A stretch of 63,789 bases of DNA, counting the filler, from Choristocarpus tenellus KU-1152 (lineage: Eukaryota; Protista; Phaeophyceae), in NCBI GenBank assembly GCA_964200185.2. It is 12 parts of 12 records of this genome, joined end to end, with 100 filler letters (N's around TTAATTAATTAA, not from the genome) between each part and the next. Parts side by side here need not be neighbours in the genome. Positions count along the whole stretch, not along the records: positions 23,968 to 30,036 come from CAXNAD020009020.1; positions 30,137 to 33,246 come from CAXNAD020022267.1; positions 33,347 to 37,925 come from CAXNAD020013928.1; 9 more parts are not named here. The stretch is one strand, 5' to 3'. Position numbers and translations under genes: made by a program. Each line of letters begins with the position of its first letter. The first letter of the stretch is position 1. Under the pieces are notes generated by a model. It did not search any database. It saw nothing but the letters and a program-made list of their open reading frames with translations, and was not told the DNA's origin. This document shows, piece by piece, positions 24,326-37,483 of this stretch.

Positions 24326-26652
24326 GTGAGTTTCTAGTTGGCGTTCTATGTATTTGTGTGGCATTATAAAATATTAAAATACAGCTTTTGGGGGGGGGGG
24401 GGTATGTGCCGGTGCTGGTGCATCTTATATCAGAGATAGTGTGATGTAAGTACATAAGAGTGCTCAGAGTATTTAATAGTAATAGTAACATAATCACTTT
24501 GTGTATTGATTTGATTTGAAGATACTTGGGTGTGATGGTTTGCTACTGTTTTGGTAGTAGACACGTGAGATGAAGTGGTTTTGGTTTTGCTAGGAAGAGC
24601 ATAGCCATTGGGATGTTGTGAGGCCTTAGCAAACTGTAGTTGTTGGTGATAATAGATTAGCTACAATGGGGTATGAAAGTGGGACGCAAATTGGTACAGG
24701 ATTTGGGGCGGCTGTTGGGGATAGGTTACAGTTGAAAAGGGATTTTGGAAAGGGAATAGAGTGGTCTCAGTCGGACAGGATCGTTTGGGAGAAGTCTTGA
24801 GGACTGATTTGGTGAAACAGGTAAGGTCATGGAATGGCGAACTTACTGGTGAGAATTATGATGCGGGCGAGACCAGCATGAAGGGTGGGTAAGCACATTC
24901 GAAGTGGAGCCCCCACGTCCCGCTCCTTCCAACAACCCTGTACCCCATTTGCCTTCCCAAGTTGTAGAAACCCATCGATTCAACGCAATGTTTTAAAGTG
25001 TGAAAGAATGTGCGGAATTGTTGTTGTATAGGCGTTGACTGAGCACGTGATAGCGGTGATAGCCTTGTGGTGCTTTTGATTGGACTGCAGGAGAGGAGAG
25101 GAGAGGAGAGAGGAGAGAGAGGAGAGAAAGGATTTAATAGTTGAGTCTGTGGAGTCGAATGCACGAAGGGGTTCGTTGGTGACAGATTGCAAAACTAGAA
25201 TATGCGAGATAACTCTCTAGTTGGTGAAAAGTGACTTTTTGGGTAGCGAGCACTCTTTTGGTGTGAGTGATGTTCGTGTGTATTGGGGTCTGTTTTCATT
25301 TTATGGCGGTCAAGAGAGTTCCTTCTTTTTTGCTAGGTTCCTCTCAAATGTGATTGCTGCTCAACCTCCCAGATCTGTTCCCCTAACCCTACTCACGGGG
25401 AGTAGAAGTATACTAGGGTTAGGGTTAGGTTCAAGTGGAGTATGCTTGTGTACCTGCTGCTCCGACTCCTTTCGTGGTTACTTCCTCAAATAAAACTTGG
25501 GTGCAACAAAAGAGGTATCGTTCTCCACCTTCACCTGCTCAATCTACGGCACTACTCAAGAGTGCTCCATTGCTATCCGCCCCCGCCCCCGCCCCCGCCT
25601 CCCTTCCCCACTCTGATTGCCTTTCTATTTTTGGTGTTTGTCTCACACTGATCATGGCGTTGGATGGGACAATGAAGGTGGACTTCAGCATTTATGAAGC
25701 GATGATGCTTGCTCGCTACAAGCATGTAAGTTCAGATGATATGTGGCTAACGGATAACCCTGGCAGGCAGCAGTTGCTTACAGGGAGCTTCCACCCACTC
25801 AGCAAGTGAGTCCAGTGGTCAATGTGTTAGGGGTCTTCGGGATGATATTGGTAGGGGACTGTGTCAAACTTCCATTTTTATATCCGTGGTATCAGGAGAG
25901 CTAGACGGGAACTTTTATGCTTGGGTGATGTCTTTTTTCTCCATGTTGCTCCCTGGTGGGATAGATAGTTTGCTGGTCTTCCCTGCAGTGGCAACCTGTC
26001 TACTTCTCAAGCGAGTTGGTATTTTGTGCTTGGTCTGGAGTTGTTGATGGTGCAAACTTCGGATCCCTTGTTTGCAGCCTATTCGAGTGACACAAGGGAG
26101 TGTGTCTCTCGTAAACAACTGATGTTGGTTCATGTTGCCATATGTGTCTCAAGTAGCACTCCATCTGCTGTCATGCGTGTGCCCCTATATTGCGACTCCT
26201 TGTGCCCTTGTTTTGTTTTGTTTTATTTTTTTTATATCAATTCCTTTTTTTTGTACACCTGACATGCCTCCAGTAAAACATGGCGTCATTGCTCGTGTGC
26301 ATTTTTATTTTTGTTGATTGTTGATTGTACGACAGAGAGTGGAGGATGGTGGGTGCTGTAGTGTAGATAGAATGAAGATTTCCTGAATCAACCCCCTTTC
26401 TCTCTCTTTTTTTTTTATTGAAAACTGTTCTCATTATTTGAAAGTCTCTCACCTCGCTTTGAAGATAGCACTTTGTTCTTTTTGTTGCCTCTTGTGGTAC
26501 AGTTTGTGGCAGTTACAGTTTGTTGGAACATTGGTGTGTTTTGCAGAGGTGATGCACAGGATTTGCAAAGGAGATAGATACACTTCTCGATATTCCAACT
26601 CGTTCATTCCCTGTGCATGTGGTGGTGCAGTGTCAACATGATGATGTCAAAT

Positions 26653-26683
<31 letters not shown>

Positions 26684-29202
26684 CCTCCTCCACCCTCTCG
26701 TAGCTCCATCAAGATCTGGACTTCTGGTGCATACATGCTCTCAAGTCCTAAGGGAAGCGATGGACATGCAGAGGCTAAGAGTGGAAGGTATTGACCATCT
26801 TTTTTTCAGGTTGCCTATAAGCCCCTTGGTTAAAAGGGTGAAGGGATGGAAGAAGCGAGGACAAGAACATGTTCGGTGATGGGACAGGTCTGCATATAGT
26901 ATGTGCAAGTTCCTCTGTTGTTTTTGAGGAAATAACTGTGGGAATTTAATTTGCCTTGCACCTCAGCACGGCTAGATCATGTCAAGCAGCTACCCCCCAC
27001 ATACCCCCAATTACAACTCCTCTATGCCCACAATCAATCTTGGGTGGACTGACTTTGATTGATTTGGCTGCATACACGAAGTGTTTTTGTGAGAAAGATG
27101 AAGCAGGATGGGGGGGGTTGCGGTTTGAACAAGAGTCTACTGTTGTTGTGGTAGTCACCCAAGAATGGTCCATGCGTGGTAAGATGGCACAAGAGTCTAC
27201 TTCCTTTTGAGACCTAACGTCCAGGTTGACAATAATAGTGCAGCCTACTTGTGGTTGCTTAGTTGCTTACTTCCAGGGAAGGCAGTAGTTGGTAAAGTAT
27301 TGATTTGTTTTTTTTGTTATACGTCCACTGTTTACTGCCAATATTGCTTATTGTGATGCCGAGCACGCTGAGTGCTGTGATGACTGACTGCCTTGAGGAT
27401 CAGTGTAGTCAGAGACATAGATTAGTTCCCTGGTGGCATAGAAATATGTTGCGTTTTTAAGACACCTAAAGTAGTGTAAGTGTACAAAAAAATGTTGAAG
27501 CGTCAGATTTGAAGTCTGTCGCAGTAAGGTTATATAGTAGTAGGTACAATAGTTCTATCTCCCCTCTGGATTCCTGCAAGCCCATGCTGAAGTAGTGGTG
27601 TGAATTTTGTGTGTGTCATCTATACCGTTGGTTGTGGAGTTAGTTAGTGATCATGAGGTTCATATCTGACCCAAATTTGCGTCATATATTTGAGTGGTTA
27701 CTGCTGGTGCAAAGGAGTCATTTGCTGCTGCCTTGCGTGTGTGTATGTGTGTGTAGAGCCAGTTAGTTACTTGGTTCGGATTCGTTATGAGGTAGCGAAT
27801 GTTTGCATCTAGGTAATCTCCTACATTTTATCGCCTGACAGTCGTCATCATCAAGAAACACAGGAGGGGTGTGAGTGGGCAAGTGGTGCGTTGCATGTAA
27901 AGTGAGAATAATGATACATATAAATGGGAAAGAGAATCGAATCGTATCTTCTTTTGAAGGTGGATTCTACCCCACCGTTGTATGAATTGTTTCCTTGTCA
28001 TGCCAAGACTTTTGTAGAATCTTGTGACCTGATGGGGTCTTGCATGTTGCAATAGAGGCACTAAGAAGACCTAAGTGTTAGCTACTGTGACCTAGTTATT
28101 CCCATTTTATATCTATAAACTAAGTAGCTTCAAGGACTGAGGGAGTATGAAGATGAGCAGCGAAGTAGGTACAAAAAATGCAAGCCTTGGTATCGTTGTT
28201 ATGGATAAAACAGAAGAGTATAAATAATCTAACCGTGTACGGCCATGGTTGTTGTGTAGTAGTGTGTTGGTGAAGGTTTTGGCTTGGTAAGGGGTGGGAA
28301 GAGAATGTTCATCAATAATTTGCTGTGCCTGTGCCGACTTGAAGCAAATTGGATATTAGAATGATAAGGTTGTGCACCTTGCCGCTCCTCATGATGGAAA
28401 GGTTGAAATTAATATTATGTATTTCATGGGTTATTATTGTAGAAGATTTCTACTGGAAAATAGTAGTACGATGGAGGAAATATAGTAACAAAGAAGGAGA
28501 TCACTTACTCTCATGTCAAGGAAGTCATCATGCACGTACCCTGCCAAGATGTGTGGATTGATTTGTTGCGTTCTATATTTGAACTAATTACTTAGCATGT
28601 TCCATGTATTTTACTACTAATAGCACCACCCCCATGAACCATGTAATATTGCTAGTAATACAATCACTGCTTTTATCCATTATATTATACTGTTACTAGA
28701 ACAACAACTACGGTCTGGCAGGGCATTGGAGAAGGGTAAGCAGCAAGGAAGAATGGTGGGCGGTACACTCCATAGTACCTATCCCTGGCTTTATTTGCAT
28801 TGAAAACGAAATAGAGAAAGGGTAGGTCCAGATGGAAGTGGGCACGGATGGTATATCTGAAACTCGTTTTCTTCTTTATATCCATGCATAGAAGGGAATC
28901 TCGTTCATTCTGGCTCGGATCAAGTCATGGTCCCACGTACGACTGTGGACTTCCGTCAAGTTCATCAGTGGCATCTTTTCGCCAACATACACAAGGGATG
29001 AGAACCGAATTTCAGATTCGACAACATGCATCATCACCCAATTACATCGTCTATTCATAATTCCAAATTACTTCATCAAGGCATCTTGAGAACATCATCA
29101 ATCTTTGACCTGTTCGTTCATTACATGACCTAGTGCTCCACAGTACGTTCAAAACACAGGTATATATGGATAGTTGCTGCATTGCATCACATACCGTAGT
29201 TT

Positions 29203-29453
29203 GAGTCAAACCAATTGAGAGGTAGGCAGGTTTAGGCCCTTTTCCATTCTAAACCACATTTCTTACCCTGTGCATTAAACTTGATTTCATTGGTTTTTGG
29301 GCACAATAGTCTACAAAGAATCGATATTCCCCCTTTCCACACACAAAGTGAGACCACAATTCAGCAAAGGCTCTTTCTGCAATTAATTGTACTAAATGGA
29401 TATTTTTGCTTAGTTAGAATGCAACCCTGCCTAACTCTCAGTTGGTTTGCTTC
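29203..29453. mobile_element. MITE family C, complete
   Basis: GAGTCAAACCAATTGAGAGGTAGGCAGG ... CCTGCCTAACTCTCAGTTGGTTTGCTTC. Confidence 0.8.
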
Positions 29454-31662
29454 TGTTGTCCACAATTGCAATTCACAGAACAAAACATTTAGCGCTATCA
29501 ACTTGTTGTGGCTCCCACCCCAAGGTACTTTCAAAGCACATCCACCCTTGTTCTGATGATGATGCATTGGCACTCTTTTTTCAATCTACCACACCCGCTC
29601 ACTCCATACACATTGCCTCCATAGCATCATGATAAGGGAGGGTTGACCCACCTATATTTGTTACGGTCTGTTTCTGGTATACTGCCAGAAGATTGAAGTG
29701 ATCAAGTAGAATTAGAGGAAACTTTGTTTTTATCCTTCTATTATTCCACCCTAGCCAGCATATATGCATAATATAGCCTCGCACACTTGCTTGCACTTGC
29801 AATCTACCCATTATTTCTAGTTTTGTATTATTGAACTTTGAAATACGTCATTTTCAAGATATATTGATTCCTGATTGTTTGACCCCTCCTTAGACACGAT
29901 GAGACTGCAATCGTGAATTATCTTTTATAAGATGTGGGTGGCTTAATGTAAACAGACATCTCCTGATTTCGGGCCAAATGGACACCCTGGTGTAGATCCC
30001 CACCCCCCCCCCCCCCCCCCCCCCCCCCCCTCTCCCNNNNNNNNNNNNNNNNNNNNNNNNNNNNNNNNNNNNNNNNNNNNTTAATTAATTAANNNNNNNN
30101 NNNNNNNNNNNNNNNNNNNNNNNNNNNNNNNNNNNNCACCCCCCCCCCCCAGATACTTTGAGCCAATGCGTACAGCCAAGAGAGAGCGAAATAACTTCAT
30201 GGGTTGGTTGGTGTCCATGATGCTTAGATATTTAACGAATAGATACATAAATAATACTCTCGCCTACTGCTAATGTTTTGAAGTTGGTTTGTAGGTGTTG
30301 TCCCCTTTTCAAGCATGGATTGCTCCACAATTAACTGCCTGCACGGTTATCCACACCAAGCTGCTGCTTGAGATTTCTGTGAAGCGTGCCTCCGTGAATG
30401 TCCAAAAGTGCAGATAATGCACACAACTTCAGTGCGGTTCCTGATTGGGATAGTCCTCACAGCCTCCTGAAGCTCAGGTGCTTTGGAGTCAAAGTAAACG
30501 AGAGGTACCCAGACTTGCATTTGAAGGATGTTGACAAATATGTACAAAAATCGACTTTTTTTTGCAAATGTGTCCGGGATATTTTTCGAATTGTGTCGGA
30601 AAGTTTCAAATAATAGAGAAATAAACGCTTTTAAGTGAAAATTTCAACTTCATCCATAGAAATATGAGTGAGTTGCAAAAGATTGAAAAACTGGCTCAAA
30701 ATGCGTAACAGTCAAAACCTGGATACCCCTCGTTTGCTTCGACTCTTTTCTCACCAATCCTTTCAATTCATAACAGGCAATAACAAACATGGTACACAAA
30801 TTTCAGCAGAAAATTCACAGGCTTATCACTCGCCATTTTGCCACATGACAAATATGTATCCACGGTGTCCTCCCATACTGAAAAAATCACCCTTTCCGCC
30901 AGGCAATCCCCACAGCTCCTTTCCCTCAAGAGGGAGTCGCTGTGGGATATATATTGACCCAAATACACAAGTGGTTAGAGCAAGTTCCAATATTTCCTAC
31001 AAAACCCCTCTCCTCCACAGTGCTAACAGACAATACCATTTTTCGGTATGGTACTGCTACACATCCTCTCTGGCGGTAAAAGACACCACAAAATGCACAT
31101 ATCCACAAAGCGACCATCCATCTAACCTCTTTGCATCAAACCAGTTACTCTTCCCAAGACTCCTCTTAAACATCCCTTCCCTTGCTGCCTCCACGCCCCA
31201 TAGTGATGTGATGTCACAAAAACCTGAAAGTCAGCTTGTTCTGTACCACACCCCCCCCTCGACCTCTCCTCAAGTCCTTTGAATGAAATAAACAAGAAGC
31301 CTCCCTAAAGTCAGAATTTGACCCGCTTTTGCAGTCCATCCTCTTCTGCCTCCTAAGTACACAGTGCATCACCAGAGGGAGGTGGTGAAGCAGACCTAAC
31401 AATTGTGATAATGGGAGTCCCTTTGGGTCTCCCATCCTGTCAAATACAGTAGGTCGAAAAATGGGAGGTTACTGCTCAGAGAGTTTTGGATAGACAGGCT
31501 GTATGGAAGGAAATCCTTAAGCATGAAGTCACCAAAAAGCCCTGAATCGATGAACTGCTCTGCCCCAAGGCAATCAATTTCGATTTACATTGATGAACTT
31601 CAGTCAGAGACACCTCAAAGGCTCTTCCCCATCCCTGTCAAGGGTCACACAAAAAAACTTGC

Positions 31663-32703
31663 TCAGGGGCCAACCTTAATGGTGCCAATGACAGCAGCGT
31701 CTTCACAGCCAGCCTTTGCAAGTGCTTCGACACAAGCATCTACTCTATCCTGAGGGACTGATGCCAGGAGCCCTCCAGCTGTCTGCAAAACACGTTGGAA
31801 GTGGCGGGTGGCGTTTGTGGAAACAACACTTAGGGTAGCAAAAGGGACTGAACACACTAGTTTGACACTCCTACACCACTGTAATTACTGCAAAGCAATT
31901 CTCACCCTCTAACACATCTTAGAGCTTTTGGGCTTGCAGTGTTGGGGATGAATTCAGTTTCAAGGCAAAGGAGGAATCCTCATACCTCTCAGGGTACACA
32001 CACACACACACACAATTTTTTAATGGAAGTCCCAAAAGTGAGGTGGTAAGGCTTCACTGCCAAGTTATACCGAGGAGGCAGGTACAGCACAATGTTCAGG
32101 GGAGGAGGTGGAGCAATGAGTGGTGGGATAGGTTAACCCAACCCACAAAGAAGAAGGTATGCACAGAGGGATACTAGACTACATCACTAGACTACATCAC
32201 TAGACTACACTACAGTACAGCTGTAGTTAATTAGTATGAGAATAGTAGTGCAGTGTCTAGTACCTCTTATGACCAGCCGAAAAACAATTCCAGCAGCCAG
32301 TCAAAATAGTCCCCTGGCTAACGTGAATGGCAATAATAATAATAATAATAATAATACAAAAATGATTTTGTAGTGGAGTACTAACAACAACAATAGCAAT
32401 CCGGAGGGGGAAAGGTGGACCTATGGGGAAGCCTACCTACCTGTGGGTCAAACAGAAGCCTAAAGCTGGGGTGTTTAAGGACTGCAGAAACCTCTGCAGG
32501 AAATGCCCTGGCCTCTACTGCTGCTGTCGCTGCAGCATTGCCCGACCCTGTCCTTGAGTTCAGAGCGGTCTCGGTAGAAGAGGTCCTGCCCAAGAAGCCA
32601 AAGGCATAGTGTTCATTTTTTCCTTGTAGTGTTGAGACTATCCCACCTGCTACCACCTCACTAGCCCCCAGGAGCAGTGGCATGACATCAATGTCTACCT
32701 CTG
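31663..32703 (-). CDS. selD: Selenide,water dikinase (selenophosphate synthetase), last two exons (32441-32703, 31663-31782)
   Basis: The spliced peptide ...MPLLLGASEVVAGGIVSTLQGKN...HPSFRLLFDPQ|TAGGLLASVPQDRVDACVEALAKAGCEDAAVIGTI contains the diagnostic SelD AIRS_C motif LL.DPQTxGGLL. The GTAGGT donor and tttgcag acceptor are phase 0. Confidence 0.88.
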
Positions 32704-34104
32704 CTGAAAGGTAGTAGTGGTATTTGTTGCATCCCCCCGATGAACACTGAAAATAAAATAAAATAAAAATAAAATCAAGCAGAAGAGGGGGGGGGGAGTA
32801 AAAAGAGAGAAGCACATTTCCGCCTTGACAAAAAAAATACCCCGAAATCCCAATACCCCCCCCACTCCCCCAACATGCATTTTTCACAAGTGCCGAGCAG
32901 AGCAGGGTGCAGTAAGGAATGGGGCGAATGATGGGATGGGTCACGGGAGGGGGGGGGGGAACAGAGAGTCTATCTACACTCCAGAGCAAAAAAAAAATCC
33001 TCATGCCTCAAGGTGTTCTGACGAGGGATGGCAGGCGGGACCCGTTATTGAAAAGTATGTAAAAAAAATAATGTGGGAGTATGCAGTACTGGTGAGTAAG
33101 TAGTAACAGAAAAACATTTTAAAAACAAATTTCATTCGATGTGCGAAAAGGAACGACCCAACCAATGAGAATAGTTCAGATGTTTCAGTCGACCAATAGA
33201 ATTCGTTCTCTTGCCCCCCCCCCCCCCCCCTGGAACTTCCCGTACCNNNNNNNNNNNNNNNNNNNNNNNNNNNNNNNNNNNNNNNNNNNNTTAATTAATT
33301 AANNNNNNNNNNNNNNNNNNNNNNNNNNNNNNNNNNNNNNNNNNNNCGTTCGTTTCGTGGGAACCCTAAAAAAAAAAAAAAATTGTGGTGTGTCAATCAT
33401 GAAGGCAGGGCACAGGAGGGAGAATATGTTCGTGATCATGTACGTCAGTGCTGTTCAAACATTGCAGCATATTCTTCACAAGAAAATAGGTATAACCAAA
33501 AGCACGCCTAGACATAATGATCTCTTCTGTATCACACTATTCCCCACAGTTCTGACGCAATATGCGCATGAGTTAACCACTAAGCGGGACTAAGCGGGAC
33601 TAGATGGTATCTTTTCCTCACAAACAATAGATATTTTTCCTCGACGTTTTCTTCTGCATTGGGGCTATACCATTGTGCCTACCTCTTGTTCCCATGTGAT
33701 TTTATCATTAGGGATGGAAAACACCATGTTTGTGCCATCTAAGCAGCACTATTCCATTGTCAACAAAAGTCCCTCTTCCGGCTGGTTCTCCCTAGAGTTG
33801 GTGTGAGCATTGTACACGGTCTCCAGCTTGAAAAAAATTACCTACTCTGCCACACCAACACATTCCCAACAGCATCCCACGAAGTCCCATTGCCTTGTGG
33901 TCCCTATTTCGTTCCTTCTTATCCATCCCAGTAACAGCGCTCAAAATCGCAAGGACCTGGAGGTCCAATTTCCTTTCTTATGATGTATCAGAAATAAGAG
34001 TTAAACCCCTGCCAGGTAAAAAGTACCCGAATACATTTCCGAAATCGTCAATTGTAATCGGCACGATAACGATTGCTTTGTTCGCTCAACAAGAAAAACC
34101 TGAC

Positions 34105-34849
34105 CTCAACCTCCGGCTCCCAGTTTATGAGGTACCCCCTGTCGAAAGGTCGCTGATAAGATAGTTGGGAAGAGTCTCGAACTGCACCTGTCGTCTCCTC
34201 ACCAACCAGGAGCTAACGCGAAGGGTCATCAACGGGGGAGTGTGGTCTTCTTGGTTACTTGCCTCCCTCGCGCTGGTAGGGGAATGTTAGCACGCGTTCT
34301 CGAAGCTGCATTACAGAGTAGTGGCAAGGAAGACAATTGCGTTGTACACCACAACTATAGCGCACCAGTTCTGGTGGCTACCTATATATACCCTCAAACG
34401 ATCCCTGGAACTGCATTCCAAAACAAAGAGCTTGTGTAGAGCAACATCACAGCAGGAAAATCACGTCACATATACAACTGCATTGCATTGCGTTGAAAGA
34501 TATGAGGCAATATGCTCAAGAATTGGCCATTGCTGGTCCCCAAAACAAAGGTGTTCCATGCATTTGAAGTAGTACTGTCGAGCCCGTTCAAACTTGAAAA
34601 CGGAAGTGAGAAACTTCACAGAAAGAGTTGGCACGATGTTTCACTAAACGAAGCAGCACTTAATCCTTGCTATTAATCAATATGCATTAAAAGGGTGACC
34701 ATCCTGAAAATATTGCGGGGTACTATTACCTGTAACTGGTTCTTAAGTCTCGCTGTACAATTTGGCATGGTGTGCGCAGGACGACTCTCTCCAGCAAAAC
34801 CAGCCTTGATCGTCCCTGCTCCATTGTCGAATACAACCGTGCGTGACAT
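34105..34849 (-). CDS. ARP6: Actin-related protein 6 (SWR1 complex), first two exons (34730-34849, 34105-34212); not in the supplied ORF track
   Basis: The spliced peptide is MSRTVVFDNGAGTIKAGFAGESRPAHTMPNCTARLKNQLQ|LLVGEETTGAVRDSSQLSYQRPFDRGYLINWEPEVE. It has the actin-fold DNG motif plus the ARP6-typical PNC and RPFDRGYL.NW, with GT-AG phase-0 junctions. Confidence 0.88.
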
Positions 34850-36850
34850 TACGGTCCTATCGCAGGCACCAGTTCCACCTCAACCTCTCTATATCTATCA
34901 CCACTGCATCCCACACTCCCTAAAATTGAAACTCAATCCTTAAGTCAATTTACAGGATCCTCCACAACTTCGATACTCATCAACATTTTGATTGGTTCCC
35001 TCATCACCGCAAAAGAGTTGTAGTAGTAGTAGTAAGTTTGAATACAAAGAAAAAAACGTAACAATAAAAGTGGAAGTTTATACGGAGGAATTCGTGAGGG
35101 ATGACGACGTATGGGAAGTAGAGTGTGATACTGTAAGGGTGAAAAGAAAATAATGAAGGTGGATGAAGAGCTATGTAGTAGGTGGTTAGGAGACAGAAGA
35201 GATAGGAGAGAATGGGTGGGAAGTAGAGGTAGGAGAAGGAAGGAATGGGACAGAACAAAAGGAAAACCTGAGGTTGGTGGAGGGCAGGACAAGCAGGGCA
35301 AGAACATGGCAACCTCCGAGCAATCTTTTGTGTGGCGGAACAAAGGGATAAGTAGCTTGAGAAGCGTACTTCTTGTGGGATGGATTGATTGGGTGAACGG
35401 AGAAGAAAAGGGGTGAGAAGGAGGAAGGGAGAAGTGGGGGAGTGGAATAGGAAAAAGGGATTAGGGAGGAGGAGGACCAGAGATAAGAAATGGTGAAACG
35501 AGTGCTGGGAGAAGAGATCAAGTGAGCCAGAAGAGACCTGGGGATCAGCAACGAGGGTGAGAGAGAGGGAAGGGGAGAAGGGGAAGAAGAAGGGGAAGAA
35601 GAAGGGTGAGGAGGATATAAAAGACCCTACGAGCCCTGTCTAAGTATGTAGCGGAACTAACAAAAGGAATTAATCAGATAATGGTGATATTGGGAGGAGC
35701 AAATATGTTAAGTTCACCCTTTCCATATGACATGAGCCCACTGAGAGGGTGTGGAGAAAGAACCACGAAGGGAGGGAGAGGGATGGGAGAATTTTCATCA
35801 TTGGAAGAAAGGAATAAGGAGAAGGCGATGATTCAAGTATGGAAGAGGATCAATATCAGGAAATATTTTGTATTGGTGGGGTACATCCACCTTTTTCTCC
35901 AAGCAGGGGTTGCGGGTTCCATAAGAGAAGAACTACAACGGGTCGTCGATGATAAAGCTTACGTAACAGAGGCGTTGGCGGAACAACTGAGCAACCTGGC
36001 AGCATTCGATATAAAGGGGTACATTCCCAAAGGGGAAATGGTTTGACTAGCCAATAAGGAAATTATGAGATGCCGGACAACTTCGATTGCTTTGTGTCGG
36101 CTATGGGAAAAATCTGCCGATACAGGGAGGAGTGGAAACCAGAGAAGAGGAGGTCAGCCAAAGTGGTGGATTAACTGGAAGAAGTGAGGAGTAAGGTGAG
36201 GACGTTCTATGGGGCAAATAAACCCATGCTGATTGAGCATCCAGAGATCGTTGACATGGTGTATCAAGTGGTGTAGGAAGTTTAGCAACATGGACAAAAG
36301 AACTATCACGGGGCACAGATATTGTTGACAATAAGTACACGGCACCCCTATCCTCCGAAGTATGGATCCCGCCTCCCCTGTTGCCACGATTCAAAGCTTG
36401 GATACAGCTCTGAGCCAGGCCAAGAATATGTTGCTGTCATTATATAGCTCAGAACCGAGGCCTCGATCCATGAGTAGGGCAGACACGTGGGGGGAACCAA
36501 GGTCGTCACAGTCTCCAAGGCCTGACGAACGGGTACGAGAAGGGATGTCATCTGGGGTGGGGAGAGAGTACAACCCATGCTTTGGGCTCGTGGAAGGGAA
36601 GGAGTACAATTATCTGAAGCGGAACGGGTTCTGCAAATTCACCCCCTTCAAAGAAGGGGAGAGAGAAGGAAAACGAGGCAAGGAGGAGGGGGAGAAAAGA
36701 AAAGGGGGAAGGACACAGGGCGCACTAACCAAACAAGATCCCTTAGGATACAGGCCCATCCCCCACAGGGGTCGGCTGGTAAAACATGACCCATGGATGT
36801 CAACGCTGCCCCCGAGCACACAGACCCATCTGGCAACAGGGATACTGAGA

Positions 36851-37029
36851 GACCCAAAGTATCTGGGGGGCGAGGGGGGTCTACACCAGGGTGTCCATTT
36901 GTTCCAAAATCAGGAAAAGTGCATTTACATTATCCATCCCCAACGTATGCAACAAAATTACCCAAAAATCGCGACATGAAAAAATTGCCCCAAGTAGACA
37001 GCCGCCACCCCCCCCAGATGATTTGAGCC
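36851..37029. mobile_element. MITE family A, complete, TSD AGA
   Basis: AGA|GACCCAAAGTATCTGGGGG ... CCCAGATGATTTGAGCC|AGA. Confidence 0.9.
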
Positions 37030-37225
37030 AGACCAGACTCTCTCCACTGGGCAATCCAAGGTAGAGGGGAGGGAAACGTGTTGATAAAGACAGAACTGAA
37101 GAGTGGTTTGGGAATTGGGAAAGGTTGAATTTAGATCCCCTCCTTAAGAGAACCAGACACAATCATGCCGATGGGAAGAAGAGGTATCCGAACGTACATT
37201 GCAGGGCTTAAAAGAGTTAGCAAGT

Positions 37226-37483
37226 GAGTCAAAGTACCTTACAGGGTAGAACCACGTCCAGTTGGGGTCAAAATCCAATGTTGCAATTTTGATGTAATTT
37301 TGGCTATCGTGTTTGTTAGGAAGTATCAATATCCATGTTCCGGACACACCTTTTCATAACATACACACTTTACCTACTCTGAAACATTTTGGAGTAGGAA
37401 AATATCAGGAAAGAACCCATGGGAAGCCAAGCCCAAAAAGGACAAACAGGGCAAAATTCGTACCCTCTAAGATACTTTCACTC
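37226..37483. mobile_element. MITE family B, complete
   Basis: GAGTCAAAGTACCTTACAGGGTAG ... TACCCTCTAAGATACTTTCACTC. Confidence 0.85.

Noticed and set aside
30668-31282. 204-aa ORF
   Set aside because: It has a non-ATG start, no recognisable motif and no clear splice context; probably chance or decayed repeat sequence.
31500-31662. SECIS element in the selD 3' UTR (TGAA...ATCAAT/ATTGAT stem with AAA loop, minus strand)
   Set aside because: It lacks the RUGA 5' core and the closing GA of the non-Watson-Crick quartet.
17214-32703. Apparent sulfur/selenium/sterol gene cluster (DHCR7, sir, selD)
   Set aside because: The genes lie on different contigs separated by artificial spacers, so their proximity is not evidence of linkage.
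33800-33957. Third ARP6 exon after a ctccag acceptor (minus strand)
   Set aside because: The translation lacks the expected IW...LLTEP actin-family continuation. The true exon 3 probably lies beyond the contig end.
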